Made by a program: the position numbers and the translations under genes. From a bacterium (GTDB taxonomy: Bacteria; Electryoneota; JAOADG01), in NCBI GenBank assembly GCA_963681965.1, contig OY820579.1, forward strand, positions 4,032,001 to 4,096,000: a stretch of 64,000 nucleotides of DNA, read 5' to 3'. Shown piece by piece: positions 37,673 to 47,846 of the stretch (positions are counted from its first letter, which is position 1; each line of letters begins with the position of its first letter). The notes under the pieces are model-generated. The model was given only the letters and a program-made list of their open reading frames with translations. It was not told where the DNA came from and did not search any database.

Positions 37673-38097
37673 TGAAAAAACCTCGGTTGAAGCTCAATTG
37701 CACTTCAATATAGGATAATCTCCAGAGAGTTGTACAGTTTTCGAGGTCGAGTATGAATAAATTCAATTTGAATTACACAATAAATTGATAACATAAATGA
37801 ACGTATATCACTCTAGATAATTTATTAGAGATTGCATGAGATGATCTCCAGCATCGAAATTGGTTTTCGCATTTTAGGTCAATCGATCAGTCTGCACGAG
37901 CTGAGAAGGGTCATCAGGGAAATGATCGATTCAGAGTAGCCATGATCAAATGTGATCGATTTCTCGGAAACCCCGGATTTTTTGCTTACTTTATTGGCAC
38001 ATTACGCTGAGAAGAAGCCCCACACCGGGCTGAAATCGATTGAAATTCGACTTCTTAGCCAAGAATCGACTATTGATTACGTAACGGAGATAGTTTT

Positions 38098-39402
38098 ATG
38101 CCTGCCAAAATCGCACCATTCCGCGCGGTACACTTCAACACTGAAAAGATCGACCATCTCGAACAGGTTGTCACCCAACCGTACGATAAGATCGGTCCCG
38201 ATCTTCGCGCCGAATATCTGAAACGTTCACCGTATAACATTGCCCAAGTAATAAAACCAGTCGACGATCCAGCGCTGCCCCCGGACAATGGGTATCAGAC
38301 CGCTGGCGACTTGTTCCAGAAGTGGTTTGAAGACGGTATTCTCGTCCGTCGTCCCGCTCCCGGATTGTACGCCTATGATCAGGAATACGAAGTGGACGGT
38401 GTCTGGGCGACTCGTCACGGTTTTATTGGATTGCTCGATCTCGATGCTGGCAAGGACTTGGTCAAAGCCCACGAAAAGACACTTGCCGGACCGAAAGCCG
38501 ACCGCCTGAAGTTGATGCGAGCCGATGAAGCAAACGAAGGACATATTTTCATGCTCTATTCCGATCCCACGCTGGAAGTATCGAAATTGATCGAACAGGG
38601 ACGTACCGGGAAACCATTGCTTGAAGCCAAAGACGACTTCGGTTGCAATCACAAGGTTTGGGAAATCACCGATCCGACCATTCTAGCAGGTGTTGAAAAA
38701 GGATTGGAGAATAAACTGCTCTTCATCGCCGATGGTCACCACCGTTTTGAAACTGCTCAAAACTATCTTGCCGAGTGCAGGGACAATGGGTGGCGACCGC
38801 TCAGCGCCGAATCGTTTACCCATCGTATGATGACGTTTGTGAACCTCGACGAGCCCGGTTTGACGATCCTCCCGACTCATCGCTTAGTGCGCGACGTGCC
38901 GAATTTTGACGGAGCTGCCTATCTCAAGCAGGCGGAAGCATGGTTCAATGTATCCCGGTTTACCGACCGGAAAGCGTTATTTAATGCGATGAAGCAACCA
39001 GGACATAATTTCGGTGCCTCCATTGCCGGTGTCGATGGCTATATCATGTTGACATTGAAAGACGAAAAAGTCATGGACGAGTTGGGTCCGAAAGAGCAAT
39101 CTTCGGCTTGGAAGCGCCTCGACGTGACGATTCTTCACACTCTGCTACTCGACCGATTGCTCGGCATCGATGCCAAGAAACTGGAAGCCCAGACCAACGT
39201 CGACTATGGTCGCGATCCTAACGCCGCATTCGACAAGCGAGAGGGTGGCAAGTATCAGGCAGTGTTCCTGCTAAATTCGACGAATGTGCAGCAGGTGAAA
39301 GAAGTCGCTGAATTCGGCGAGAAGATGCCGCAGAAATCCACCGACTTCTATCCGAAACTGCTCAGCGGTCTGATTATGATGAAGATGGAAATCAAAAAGT
39401 AA
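38098..39402 (+). CDS. DUF1015 family protein
   Basis: IAPFRAV, QPYDKI, HEKT, FIADGHHRFETA, ILPTHR, MPQKSTDFYPKLLSGL. Confidence 0.85.
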   Translation: MPAKIAPFRAVHFNTEKIDHLEQVVTQPYDKIGPDLRAEYLKRSPYNIAQVIKPVDDPALPPDNGYQTAGDLFQKWFEDGILVRRPAPGLYAYDQEYEVDGVWATRHGFIGLLDLDAGKDLVKAHEKTLAGPKADRLKLMRADEANEGHIFMLYSDPTLEVSKLIEQGRTGKPLLEAKDDFGCNHKVWEITDPTILAGVEKGLENKLLFIADGHHRFETAQNYLAECRDNGWRPLSAESFTHRMMTFVNLDEPGLTILPTHRLVRDVPNFDGAAYLKQAEAWFNVSRFTDRKALFNAMKQPGHNFGASIAGVDGYIMLTLKDEKVMDELGPKEQSSAWKRLDVTILHTLLLDRLLGIDAKKLEAQTNVDYGRDPNAAFDKREGGKYQAVFLLNSTNVQQVKEVAEFGEKMPQKSTDFYPKLLSGLIMMKMEIKK

Positions 39403-39425
39403 TTCCGTTCCGATGGAATGATTCG

Positions 39426-39452
39426 AAAAGCGGGTAGCGATACCCGCTTTTT
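39426..39452 (+). terminator. Intrinsic terminator
   Basis: GAAAAGCGGGTA-GCGA-TACCCGCTTTT. Confidence 0.75.
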
Positions 39453-39591
39453 CGTTTGTATCAACTAATACGCAATACGAACTCCAATGAATTTCGAGTT
39501 TTATTCGAAAAATCTGGATTCGCTCGATTACGATAATTATTTTGATGGAACATCAACCAAGCGTTGACTGATCCGTTTCGTGAAGGGTGCC

Positions 39592-40077
39592 ATGACAATT
39601 TCCGAGGCATGTTCAATTTTGCAGGTATCGCGACAAGCGTCCCGAACCGAAGTGAAACGTGCTTATCATCGTGCCGCTCTGCAAGTGCATCCCGATCAGT
39701 TGTCAGCGTTACCCGAAGAGCAAAGACATCACGCAGAAGAACAATTCAAGACGCTGAATGAAGCTTATCATTTCTTATTGAATCGACTTCCGCCAGATGC
39801 CCGAAAACAACCGCTATCCGATTCGTCACAAGGCACGGACCGAGCCGATTCCACGCTTTCGGATCGCAAATCGGCGACGGCGTACGGTACTTTCGTCGCA
39901 ACGGAACAGCCGCCATTATACAGAACCCGATTTACTATTGCTCGGATCGGGTTATTGATCTTCGGAATTCCGATTGTCATCCATTTTTTTCGAGTATCGT
40001 CGCTAGCATTCGGTATGATGGTTCTGTTAGCCGTAATATTCACCTATTTGATTTTCCGCTTTTTCGAGAAACTGTAA
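39592..40077 (+). CDS. J-domain membrane protein 1
   Basis: EVKRAYHRAALQVHPD...AEEQFKTLNEAY; two C-terminal TM segments. Confidence 0.82.
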   Translation: MTISEACSILQVSRQASRTEVKRAYHRAALQVHPDQLSALPEEQRHHAEEQFKTLNEAYHFLLNRLPPDARKQPLSDSSQGTDRADSTLSDRKSATAYGTFVATEQPPLYRTRFTIARIGLLIFGIPIVIHFFRVSSLAFGMMVLLAVIFTYLIFRFFEKL

Positions 40078-40081
40078 CGAT

Positions 40082-40612
40082 ATGGAATTAGCGCAGGCAT
40101 ACGATCTTCTTTTACTCCCGTTCGGATCCACTCTCGAAGAGGTGAAGCGCGCCTATCACGGTGAAGCGCAACTCGTTCATCCCGATAAATTGGTCGATTT
40201 ACCACTGGAAGTTCGACAACATGCCGAAGAACGCTTCAAACAACTCAACGAGGCATACCAAAAATTAACCGATTATATCGAAGCGAATGGCGCGCCGCTT
40301 CAGAAAAAGGCGATCGACCTCGATTTCGATGAGCAGCCACTGCAAACCACAATCGATCCTACTGAAAACGATAGAGCGCCAACCGAACCTACGCACCTGT
40401 CGCCCAATGAAGCGATGGGCGTATTCATGGCACAGGAGTTGGGTCGCCGTGGGCGAATTGAAGATCAGTCAAAGAAATTAATGATTATCGTCTTTGGAGG
40501 AGTATTTTTACTCAATATTATCATTCGTAGTTGTGCCTATTATGACCGGTATTCATACCGCAATCAACGCTCACCGGCACCGACACCAGTCGACACAACG
40601 GAAACACCTTAA
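40082..40612 (+). CDS. J-domain membrane protein 2
   Basis: EVKRAYH...LVHPDK...AEERFKQLNEAY; one C-terminal TM segment. Confidence 0.82.
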   Translation: MELAQAYDLLLLPFGSTLEEVKRAYHGEAQLVHPDKLVDLPLEVRQHAEERFKQLNEAYQKLTDYIEANGAPLQKKAIDLDFDEQPLQTTIDPTENDRAPTEPTHLSPNEAMGVFMAQELGRRGRIEDQSKKLMIIVFGGVFLLNIIIRSCAYYDRYSYRNQRSPAPTPVDTTETP

Positions 40613-40629
40613 CCGAACCGGATCGATAT

Positions 40630-41124
40630 TTGGAAATTCGCTCTGCATATTCACTGTTAGCGTTACCGACTGATGCGAGCCGGGAACGGATCGATGCTGC
40701 ATTTTCGGCGGAACAGGCACTGCTCGATCCTATCCGGTTGAGTACCGCCAGCCCCGAGTTACAGGAGCGGGCTGCTAAACGATTGCAGCTCGTAACTGAG
40801 GCGTATCGCGCCATCATTCGAAATCTCGAATTCGGCGGGAAAGCAATACTCGCCGATCTGAAAACACCGGTTCCTCCGCACTCTAAATACGATATCCGCT
40901 ATCAGGATCCGGCAATCAATTTCACCATGCCGAAACCGCAGAAACCGATTCCGAAATTGGATCTGAATTGGATGTATTTTGTCGTTGGGATTGGCTTTCT
41001 GGTGCTGTTGTTGTTCAGTAAATCGGTTGGAAATGTGCTGTTTTATTTTGTTCTAGCCGTCGTCGTTTGTATCGCGATCACTGCCGTAAAGATTTCGCAA
41101 AAATCGCGCGGCGAAGAAGAATAA
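40630..41124 (+). CDS. Degenerate J-domain membrane protein 3 (no HPD)
   Basis: AYSLLAL...LLDPIRL...AAKRLQLVTEAY; two TM segments; TTG start. Confidence 0.7.
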   Translation: MEIRSAYSLLALPTDASRERIDAAFSAEQALLDPIRLSTASPELQERAAKRLQLVTEAYRAIIRNLEFGGKAILADLKTPVPPHSKYDIRYQDPAINFTMPKPQKPIPKLDLNWMYFVVGIGFLVLLLFSKSVGNVLFYFVLAVVVCIAITAVKISQKSRGEEE

Positions 41125-41156
41125 TATAACAGGAACACTAAGCGAACTGACATTAC

Positions 41157-41181
41157 AAAAATGGCGGACTAAAGTCCGCCG
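41157..41181 (-). terminator. Terminator of the acyl-modification operon
   Basis: GGCGGACT-AA-AGTCCGCC with an A-tract on the plus-strand left side. Confidence 0.55.
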
Positions 41182-41219
41182 CTACCGGTGAAATAAAAAC
41201 TACCACTTCAAATCCAACT

Positions 41220-42155
41220 TTACCCCTTCTTATTCCAATCCATCAATCGCGCCGGATTGCCAATCACAGTCGAACCTGCCGGCACATCGCTGAATGCCGC
41301 AGCCGACATCGTCAAGCGCGCTTTGTCGCCAACGGAAGTACTATTCAAAATGCTGCTTCCCGGTGCCAGCCAGACGTTATTGCCGATTTTCGCACTACCG
41401 CAAATAATCGTGTGGGTAATAATCATGCAGTTTTCGCCGATCGTGGAGCCGTGACCGATGTGAACTTGATCGGATACTTTTGTGTATCTGCCAACCACAG
41501 TATCGGTTAATGCACCTTTATCGATACAGACGTTTGAATCGATCTCCACCCCTTCGTGAATAATGACTTTTCCGACTTGCGGAAATCGCCAGTACCGATC
41601 GTTTTCGTCAATCTCAAATCCAAATCCGGTCGCCCCGATCGTACAATTGGCGCCGATTACCACATCTTTCGCGATGCGTGCGTTTGCGATGCAGGTATTC
41701 GGTCCGATCACAACATTCTCGGCGATTTCAACATTCGATCCAATCACAACCCCGTAACTTAATACAACACTCGGGTGAATTTTGGCATCCGGTGCAATCG
41801 GCGATTCGCCCGGCTTCGGCCAAACCGGATGGAGTAAATCGCTGAAATATTTATTCGCAATCCGGGTAAACGCGAGTCGCGGAATTGGAACGATTACAGC
41901 AACTGCATGTTCCGGCGGCGTATCGGCACTCACATCTTTCGGTGCGATCAACAAACTTCCGCGATAGTTTCGGTAACGATCAGGGGTATTCGTATAGGAT
42001 TTTCCCGACATCCAAGACATGTCGCCGGTCTGTGCGCTTTGATCGACTACTAAGCATTTGATATCGACATCCATCAATGCCGGATCGGAACAATGAACTG
42101 TTTGAGCCTGACCAATTTCAGTTAGAAAATCGATAAGTGTGCGCACTGTCGGCAT
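41220..42155 (-). CDS. LpxD-like hexapeptide-repeat acyltransferase
   Basis: IPRLAF, IGATGFGF, FPQVGKVII, CIDKGALTDT, VHIGHG, VIGNPAR. Confidence 0.8.
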   Translation of the reverse strand: MPTVRTLIDFLTEIGQAQTVHCSDPALMDVDIKCLVVDQSAQTGDMSWMSGKSYTNTPDRYRNYRGSLLIAPKDVSADTPPEHAVAVIVPIPRLAFTRIANKYFSDLLHPVWPKPGESPIAPDAKIHPSVVLSYGVVIGSNVEIAENVVIGPNTCIANARIAKDVVIGANCTIGATGFGFEIDENDRYWRFPQVGKVIIHEGVEIDSNVCIDKGALTDTVVGRYTKVSDQVHIGHGSTIGENCMIITHTIICGSAKIGNNVWLAPGSSILNSTSVGDKARLTMSAAAFSDVPAGSTVIGNPARLMDWNKKG

Positions 42156-42177
42156 GATTTACTCCGGATGGTTTGAG

Positions 42178-43452
42178 TTAATACTTGACATTCACCCATC
42201 GTACTAGATCGTGAATCAGAAATTTACCGTCCCAGGGATAATCGTGAACATTCATCAGTCCCGGACGGACGCATCGCACTGCACCTTGAATCGTAGCCGC
42301 TTCGGCGAATTCCAATGCTTCCGTTGCATCGTCGAATGCGATGCCAATGGTCTGCACTTTCGCGGTAATCAATGGAATGATCTCATGCCACGATGCCACT
42401 TCCGTCAAATAGAGAGTTCGCGATTGAATCGCTTCTTTCAATTCGACTTGGTCATCCAGAAGAATCGTCCAGTTGGCACCATCGTCGGACGCGATCACGT
42501 CACGTTTCGGATCGAGCGCATATTCGGCGCGGATATTCACAATTTGAATGGTGGTATAGAAATCCAAATCCGGTTTGGGTGGAAGCCGTTTGAATGCGGC
42601 GGCAAATTGCTCGGCAATTTCACGAAGAGTATAAGCAGAGTTCCGCTCAATGAAAACAATCTGCGGCGAAGAACAGCCACGCTGATCGAAGATCGCCGCA
42701 TCACGCACGAATGCAGTGATCGTTGATGATAGATTGGTCTTCGCTTCGATGTGAGTCCGGGAAATCACGCCAAAAGAATATTTCGGACCGAAAACGAGCT
42801 CTTTGCAATGCTCGCGACGCGGCAACCCGGTGATCCCTTTGATCGCCTGCTCCCCGCCCCACATGACTTTCGCGTCGGCGGCGAGCGACAACTCTTCATT
42901 GACTTCGCGATCGCGATAATCGAACCAGATCGTGGCAAAGCATTTCGTCATGTCACTACCGTCGACTCCTGCTACTCTAATCCGAGCCATCAAGCTCAAA
43001 ATATTCCGCATTTCTTCGGCATTCTCGTCGGCTAGTTTCATCACTACGCAATTTTTGGTCAATAACGCCGGTATCAAAGAAAATAGCGGCAATGTCACGA
43101 CATTACCCGCCATCCACATCCCGACCAGACCCATTGGTTTTGCCGAAAGAAAATTCCGCGATCCGATTTCGATGAATTCATCCAACACATTCAATGGATT
43201 TCCGAGACTGCGATGGAGTATTTCTTCAAGATGTTTACGGCGCAACCAGGTCGATAGAAATAACACCCCTTCGATTCGTTGTGTTGAGGGATCCTTCACC
43301 AATTGATCGCCTAGTTGATCGAAATACGCCAATAGATCGGCGATTTTCCTGGTCTGGAGATACTGTTTGTGTTGATCGATATCTGTAAGAATCGTCTGCA
43401 AATTCTCGTAGGATACGATCGAACCGTCGGAGCGAAAATGCTGAATACGCAT
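42178..43452 (-). CDS. LuxC-like acyl-CoA/acyl-protein reductase
   Basis: PMGLVGMWMAGNV, WGGEQAI, FGPKYSF, FDQRGCSSPQ (catalytic Cys), PWDG; start MRIQHF at 43452 after GAGGGAG. Confidence 0.8.
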   Translation of the reverse strand: MRIQHFRSDGSIVSYENLQTILTDIDQHKQYLQTRKIADLLAYFDQLGDQLVKDPSTQRIEGVLFLSTWLRRKHLEEILHRSLGNPLNVLDEFIEIGSRNFLSAKPMGLVGMWMAGNVVTLPLFSLIPALLTKNCVVMKLADENAEEMRNILSLMARIRVAGVDGSDMTKCFATIWFDYRDREVNEELSLAADAKVMWGGEQAIKGITGLPRREHCKELVFGPKYSFGVISRTHIEAKTNLSSTITAFVRDAAIFDQRGCSSPQIVFIERNSAYTLREIAEQFAAAFKRLPPKPDLDFYTTIQIVNIRAEYALDPKRDVIASDDGANWTILLDDQVELKEAIQSRTLYLTEVASWHEIIPLITAKVQTIGIAFDDATEALEFAEAATIQGAVRCVRPGLMNVHDYPWDGKFLIHDLVRWVNVKY

Positions 43453-43454
43453 GG

Positions 43455-44600
43455 TTAGATCTCCCTCGTCTGTGCGAAGGTATCGCCACACCCGCGCAGT
43501 TCAACGCGCTCGATCCGTTGCGAAAACCGGAAGTATTTTCCTTTTGCTCCACAAGGACAATCATCAATTCCCAGCAATACTCCCCGGTCTTCGGTGATCA
43601 ACGCCTGACCCGGATAACTATTGGGGAGAAGACTGACGATCTCGATGATTCCCTCTTCACCGATTCCGACTTCTGTCAAAGTATGCGCACGCCGCAAAAT
43701 GATATCGGCGAATGCCGGTGCATGTTTGTTGCCTGCCTTGCAATCAACGAAAACAGTACCGAGCTGTTCCGCCATTCCGTAAAAATCCAACACCTTTTCC
43801 GATGGACAACCAATCGTCTCACTGGCTATTTCGTTGAATTCCGACTTTGTGACAGCTTGCGATTGCAATTTCTTCCAACCGCCGGAATGCAGCATAATCG
43901 CCTTCTCCGCCTGATACTTGATGCCTTGTGCATGAGCCAATTTCAAGAAATTCGACCAGACCATGAAGGTGAATCCAAACAACAACACGTCGCGATTCGC
44001 CGATTGAGCATCGGTGAAAAAGCGATCGATCGCAACCCAATCCGGTTCGAGGTTTCCATTCGGTTTCAATTTCAGCGCATATACCGTTTCACTGGCAAAG
44101 TTCGCTACCCCGCGAATCCCCGCGCTCCGCGCCGAAAACTGATCTTGACTTCCGGCGGATTCAATACTGTCGATCACCAGCAGTGGGCGTTTGTGATTGC
44201 CAAGATGCTCTTTCAAGATCGACACCAAGGCGCGTGTTTGTCGAAAACTGGTCGTTTTATCGATGAAGATTCGACTCGAGTGTTGTCCTGTGGTTGCGGA
44301 TGAGGTTAATTCGCGAATGATTTTTTCCGGTGGTACCGTCGTTAGTCGGTATTTTTTGAACATAGAGACGGGAAGCGGAGGGATCTCCAACAACGATTGC
44401 CACTGTTCGATCGGATGTCCGAGCCTTGTGAGAAACAGCCGATATTCGGGCGATGCATCTGCCATCCACTGGCATTGGGCTTGTAATAGCGGGAGTAATG
44501 TCTGTTCTTTTTCCGATTGCGGTGTGGAATATTGGCGGTTCTTGATTAATACTTCGATTTGCGCATCGAGCTGTGACCGGTCGGCAATTGCTGCATTCAT
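43455..44600 (-). CDS. LuxE-like acyl-protein synthetase
   Basis: IPPLPVSMFK, TSSATTG, HSGGWKK, DFYGMAEQ, SYPGQALITEDRG, ELRGCGD. Confidence 0.82.
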   Translation of the reverse strand: MNAAIADRSQLDAQIEVLIKNRQYSTPQSEKEQTLLPLLQAQCQWMADASPEYRLFLTRLGHPIEQWQSLLEIPPLPVSMFKKYRLTTVPPEKIIRELTSSATTGQHSSRIFIDKTTSFRQTRALVSILKEHLGNHKRPLLVIDSIESAGSQDQFSARSAGIRGVANFASETVYALKLKPNGNLEPDWVAIDRFFTDAQSANRDVLLFGFTFMVWSNFLKLAHAQGIKYQAEKAIMLHSGGWKKLQSQAVTKSEFNEIASETIGCPSEKVLDFYGMAEQLGTVFVDCKAGNKHAPAFADIILRRAHTLTEVGIGEEGIIEIVSLLPNSYPGQALITEDRGVLLGIDDCPCGAKGKYFRFSQRIERVELRGCGDTFAQTREI

Positions 44601-44616
44601 AACATGCCAATCTGGG

Positions 44617-44853
44617 TTAATGGATTCCCTTTGCTGCAAGGACTTCGAGAATTTTCGCGCCCGAGACCATTTCCATAATGTCGTCAAGTTCCAATTCGAT
44701 TCCGAATTCCGTTTGCAAAGCACCGACGAGTGAAATATGACCTAGCGAATCCCATCGGGTGACATCGTCGGGAACCGTCGATTCGGTGAATTTATCTGCC
44801 GGATAATCGAATAGTGATTGGAATATAGTCGCGACACGTTGCTTCGTGTTCAT
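44617..44853 (-). CDS. Acyl carrier protein
   Basis: 78 aa, acidic, WDSLGHISL phosphopantetheine motif; GAGG RBS. Confidence 0.85.
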   Translation of the reverse strand: MNTKQRVATIFQSLFDYPADKFTESTVPDDVTRWDSLGHISLVGALQTEFGIELELDDIMEMVSGAKILEVLAAKGIH

Positions 44854-44886
44854 TACATTACCTCATGGACGATGTGGCGATTTTTA

Positions 44887-45654
44887 TTACTGAAACATAC
44901 CACCGTCAAGTTCAAGTATTTTGCCGTTAAAGTAATCATTTTCGATACAAAACCCAATCCCGTGCGCGATTTCAGCAGGCGCTCCAAACCGTTTCAGCGC
45001 GATGGTATCCATCAGCGATTTTTTATAGGCATCGTTCAAATCTGCCGTCATCGCCGTCTCAATCGCGCCGGGAGCGATTGCACAACATCGGATTTGATAC
45101 GGTGCCAATTCCTTTGCCAGAGTATTCGTCAGCGATGCAACGCCCCCCTTACTCGCGGTATAGGCACTCTGTCCGGCAAAACCGTTCCGGGTAAACGAAC
45201 TGATATTGACGATGACACCCTTGATCCGTTTCTTCACCATAAGTTCAACGGCTGATTGGGCACATATGAAGTACGAAGTCAGATTGATATCGATGACTTC
45301 CTGCCAATCCGCCAGCGAGAATTTACTGATCCCTTTGAATGACACGCCGAACAATGCCCCCTGTTTCAGGATCCCGGCATTATTGATCAGTACATCGATT
45401 CCCGCAGCATTCGTGGCAAAAGTCGAAAAGGCATTGGCTATCGCTGCCGGATCGCGCAGATCGGTTGGTAATGCGACGATGCGATCCGATCCAAATGTTT
45501 CCGAAAAGTGTGAGACAGTTTCATCCAATCTGTCACCGGCAAGATCGATTACTCCGATCTTGGCAGCTCCGCGTTGCAGTAACATTTCGACGGTCGCATG
45601 TCCAATACCACCGGCACCACCCGTTACTATCGCTCGAATTCCTTGGATCTCCAT
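44887..45654 (-). CDS. SDR family oxidoreductase (FabG-like)
   Basis: TGGAGGIG, NNAG, YTASK, PGAIETAMT. Confidence 0.85.
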   Translation of the reverse strand: MEIQGIRAIVTGGAGGIGHATVEMLLQRGAAKIGVIDLAGDRLDETVSHFSETFGSDRIVALPTDLRDPAAIANAFSTFATNAAGIDVLINNAGILKQGALFGVSFKGISKFSLADWQEVIDINLTSYFICAQSAVELMVKKRIKGVIVNISSFTRNGFAGQSAYTASKGGVASLTNTLAKELAPYQIRCCAIAPGAIETAMTADLNDAYKKSLMDTIALKRFGAPAEIAHGIGFCIENDYFNGKILELDGGMFQ

Positions 45655-45664
45655 AGCGCAATTC

Positions 45665-46069
45665 CTATCGATTTGCTTCCAATAATTCAATCAAACCGCA
45701 CGCTTCGCCCCACATAAAGATGATGCGTCGTCGATCGAATGCCGCTGCCGGATTGATTTTCGAAACCGCCACCAATTTTTGTCGTTTCATTTCGGAAATC
45801 GCTTCATCCAAGTTGTCGACTTCGTAACAGGTGTGGTACGGATTCGTTTTCACCCGTTTCACCCACCCCATTGCAGGACTGTCGTCACTCTGCGGTTCCA
45901 CCAATTCTAGCAGGGGTGAAGACGCATGATGCAATAAAACAATATTGGATTTTTGGCATGGATCGTCGAATCTCCCGATCGCTTCGTAACCGAGCGAATG
46001 GTAAAACGCAACGGTTTCACCGCTATTCGCCGTGACGATACCGACATGATGAAACCGGAATTCCTGCAT
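45665..46069 (-). CDS. VOC family protein (methylmalonyl-CoA epimerase-like)
   Basis: FHHVGIV, LELVEP, YHTCYEVDNL, LIELLE. Confidence 0.8.
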   Translation of the reverse strand: MQEFRFHHVGIVTANSGETVAFYHSLGYEAIGRFDDPCQKSNIVLLHHASSPLLELVEPQSDDSPAMGWVKRVKTNPYHTCYEVDNLDEAISEMKRQKLVAVSKINPAAAFDRRRIIFMWGEACGLIELLEANR

Positions 46070-46107
46070 ACAAAAACTCACTCTCGCTTATCGATTCTTC
46101 AACCTAA

Positions 46108-46223
46108 TATTGTCTCTTGAAAATAAGTTGTTATCGGTAGTAGGGGCGGGTCCCCGCGCTCGCCCGCAGGTCAGGCGAAGCCTGACACCGAATCATGACA
46201 ACTAATTTTCAAGAACCACTATA
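46108..46223. mobile_element. MITE-like element copy 3, inside the operon
   Basis: TATTGTCTCTTGAAAATAAGTTGTTA...TGACAACTAATTTTCAAGAACCACTATA inverted ends enclosing a GTAG-REP and a GTCAGGC-GAA-GCCTGAC hairpin. Confidence 0.75.
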
Positions 46224-47696
46224 TTATCGATCTGACAATTTATTGCGTTGAATCTTACCCGATTCGGTTTTCGGAATTGCATCGATCCATTGGTATAGTT
46301 TAGGAATTTGATACGACTCCAATCGCTCGTTCAGATACGCACCAATCTCGCCGAATTCGGGTTTGGTTGCAGTTTTCGGAACGAGAAATGCTTTGATCGC
46401 TTCACCGGTGAATCCATCCGGATCGGGAATTGCGATACAGGCACAATCCAATATCGCAGGATGCTGCTTGATCGCATCCTCGATCTCCACCGGACTCACT
46501 TTTTTACCGCCGACATTGATCAGATCTTTGGTTCTGCCTTGCAGATAATAGTAGCCGTCTTCAGTGACATATCCGGTATCCCCGGTTCGCAACCAGCCAT
46601 CGCTAAAAGTCTCGTCGCCGATCCCGATGTTGCCCCAGTACCCTTGCATTACATGTTTACCGCGAACGCACAGTTCCCCGATTGCACCCGGCGGTAGGAT
46701 CCTGCCCGAATCGTCGAGAATACCCAGTTCCGCTCCCGGACTGGCTTGACCGATCGAATCGAGTCGATCTTTCGCAGCATGGAATTCGATAAATGCCGAG
46801 CGCGACGCTTCGGTTAACCCGTAGTGCATACAGATCCGGGTATTCGGCAACAGCCGCATCAATCGAGTTTTATGTTCGAGCGGCATTGTCGAACTGCCGA
46901 TTTCGATATATCGAAGCTGATGGGCATATTCGCCCAATTTATCGCCGGTCAGATTGAATAATATCGCACATCCCGCCGGAACAAAGCAGAAACCGGTCGC
47001 GTGATAGCGATCCATCAAATTGAAGAGTTCCTTCGCGAACATAAAGCCATTCGCTTGAACAAACGTACCACCCCGCGACAAGACACAGCGTAACCGACCA
47101 AGACCGAATGAATGATAAAGTGGCAACGGCATTACTTCGCAATCGTCGCTGCCGTTTCCAATAAATCGATTGATATTGTTGGCTGCCGCAATCAGATTAT
47201 TGTGCGACAGCATCACCCCTTTCGGGATGCCAGACGTGCCGGTGGTGAACAGAATATCCGCGGTTTGTTCAGGTGTCGGGAAAGACATTGCCGTCGAAAT
47301 GTGTTGACTGCTCGGTAGCAAGTCTTCGAACAGAATCGCATTCGGTTCTGCCGGAACGGCTTTATGATAAATCGAACGGCTCGGAGATACGATTGTTTCG
47401 ATTTGCGTCCGCTTCTCATGCGGAAGTTGAGGATCGAGTGGAACCGCAATCGCGCCAATCCGATGAATGGCGAAATAGGTCGGAATGAAACCGGATGAGT
47501 ATCCTGCCGATAGGGTTACCCGATCGCCGGGACAAACACCGAATTCCTGTAGCGATTGCGCAACCCGATCGACCTGTTCCGTTAACATTCGGTAGGACAA
47601 AACATGCTCGCCGATTACCACTGCGGTTTTGTCCGGAGTGTTTTCGGCATTGCGGAAGATTTGCTCGACAATCGATGGATTACAATTCTGTGACAC
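46224..47696 (-). CDS. Class I adenylate-forming enzyme (acyl-CoA/acyl-ACP ligase)
   Basis: LFTTGTSGIPKG, HYGLTEA, RTGD, GRTKDLINVGG, PKTESGKIQR; start uncertain (GTG at 47696; ORF open to 47798). Confidence 0.85.
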   Translation of the reverse strand: MSQNCNPSIVEQIFRNAENTPDKTAVVIGEHVLSYRMLTEQVDRVAQSLQEFGVCPGDRVTLSAGYSSGFIPTYFAIHRIGAIAVPLDPQLPHEKRTQIETIVSPSRSIYHKAVPAEPNAILFEDLLPSSQHISTAMSFPTPEQTADILFTTGTSGIPKGVMLSHNNLIAAANNINRFIGNGSDDCEVMPLPLYHSFGLGRLRCVLSRGGTFVQANGFMFAKELFNLMDRYHATGFCFVPAGCAILFNLTGDKLGEYAHQLRYIEIGSSTMPLEHKTRLMRLLPNTRICMHYGLTEASRSAFIEFHAAKDRLDSIGQASPGAELGILDDSGRILPPGAIGELCVRGKHVMQGYWGNIGIGDETFSDGWLRTGDTGYVTEDGYYYLQGRTKDLINVGGKKVSPVEIEDAIKQHPAILDCACIAIPDPDGFTGEAIKAFLVPKTATKPEFGEIGAYLNERLESYQIPKLYQWIDAIPKTESGKIQRNKLSDR

Positions 47697-47846
47697 GATT
47701 GTTACCCACTCATTATGCGGTAATGCCAGCTCTGAAGCTTGCTTTGGTGAACGAATTTCGTATCGGCAATCACGGTAGTGGAAAGTAGAATTACCCAAAA
47801 AAGATAACCGGAGTGCTGCGGAATTGCAACTTAAATGACCGTGGAA

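Noticed and set aside
41220-44600. Bioluminescence operon or canonical lipid A lpxD
   Set aside because: No luxAB/luxD and no lpxA/fabZ/bamA context.
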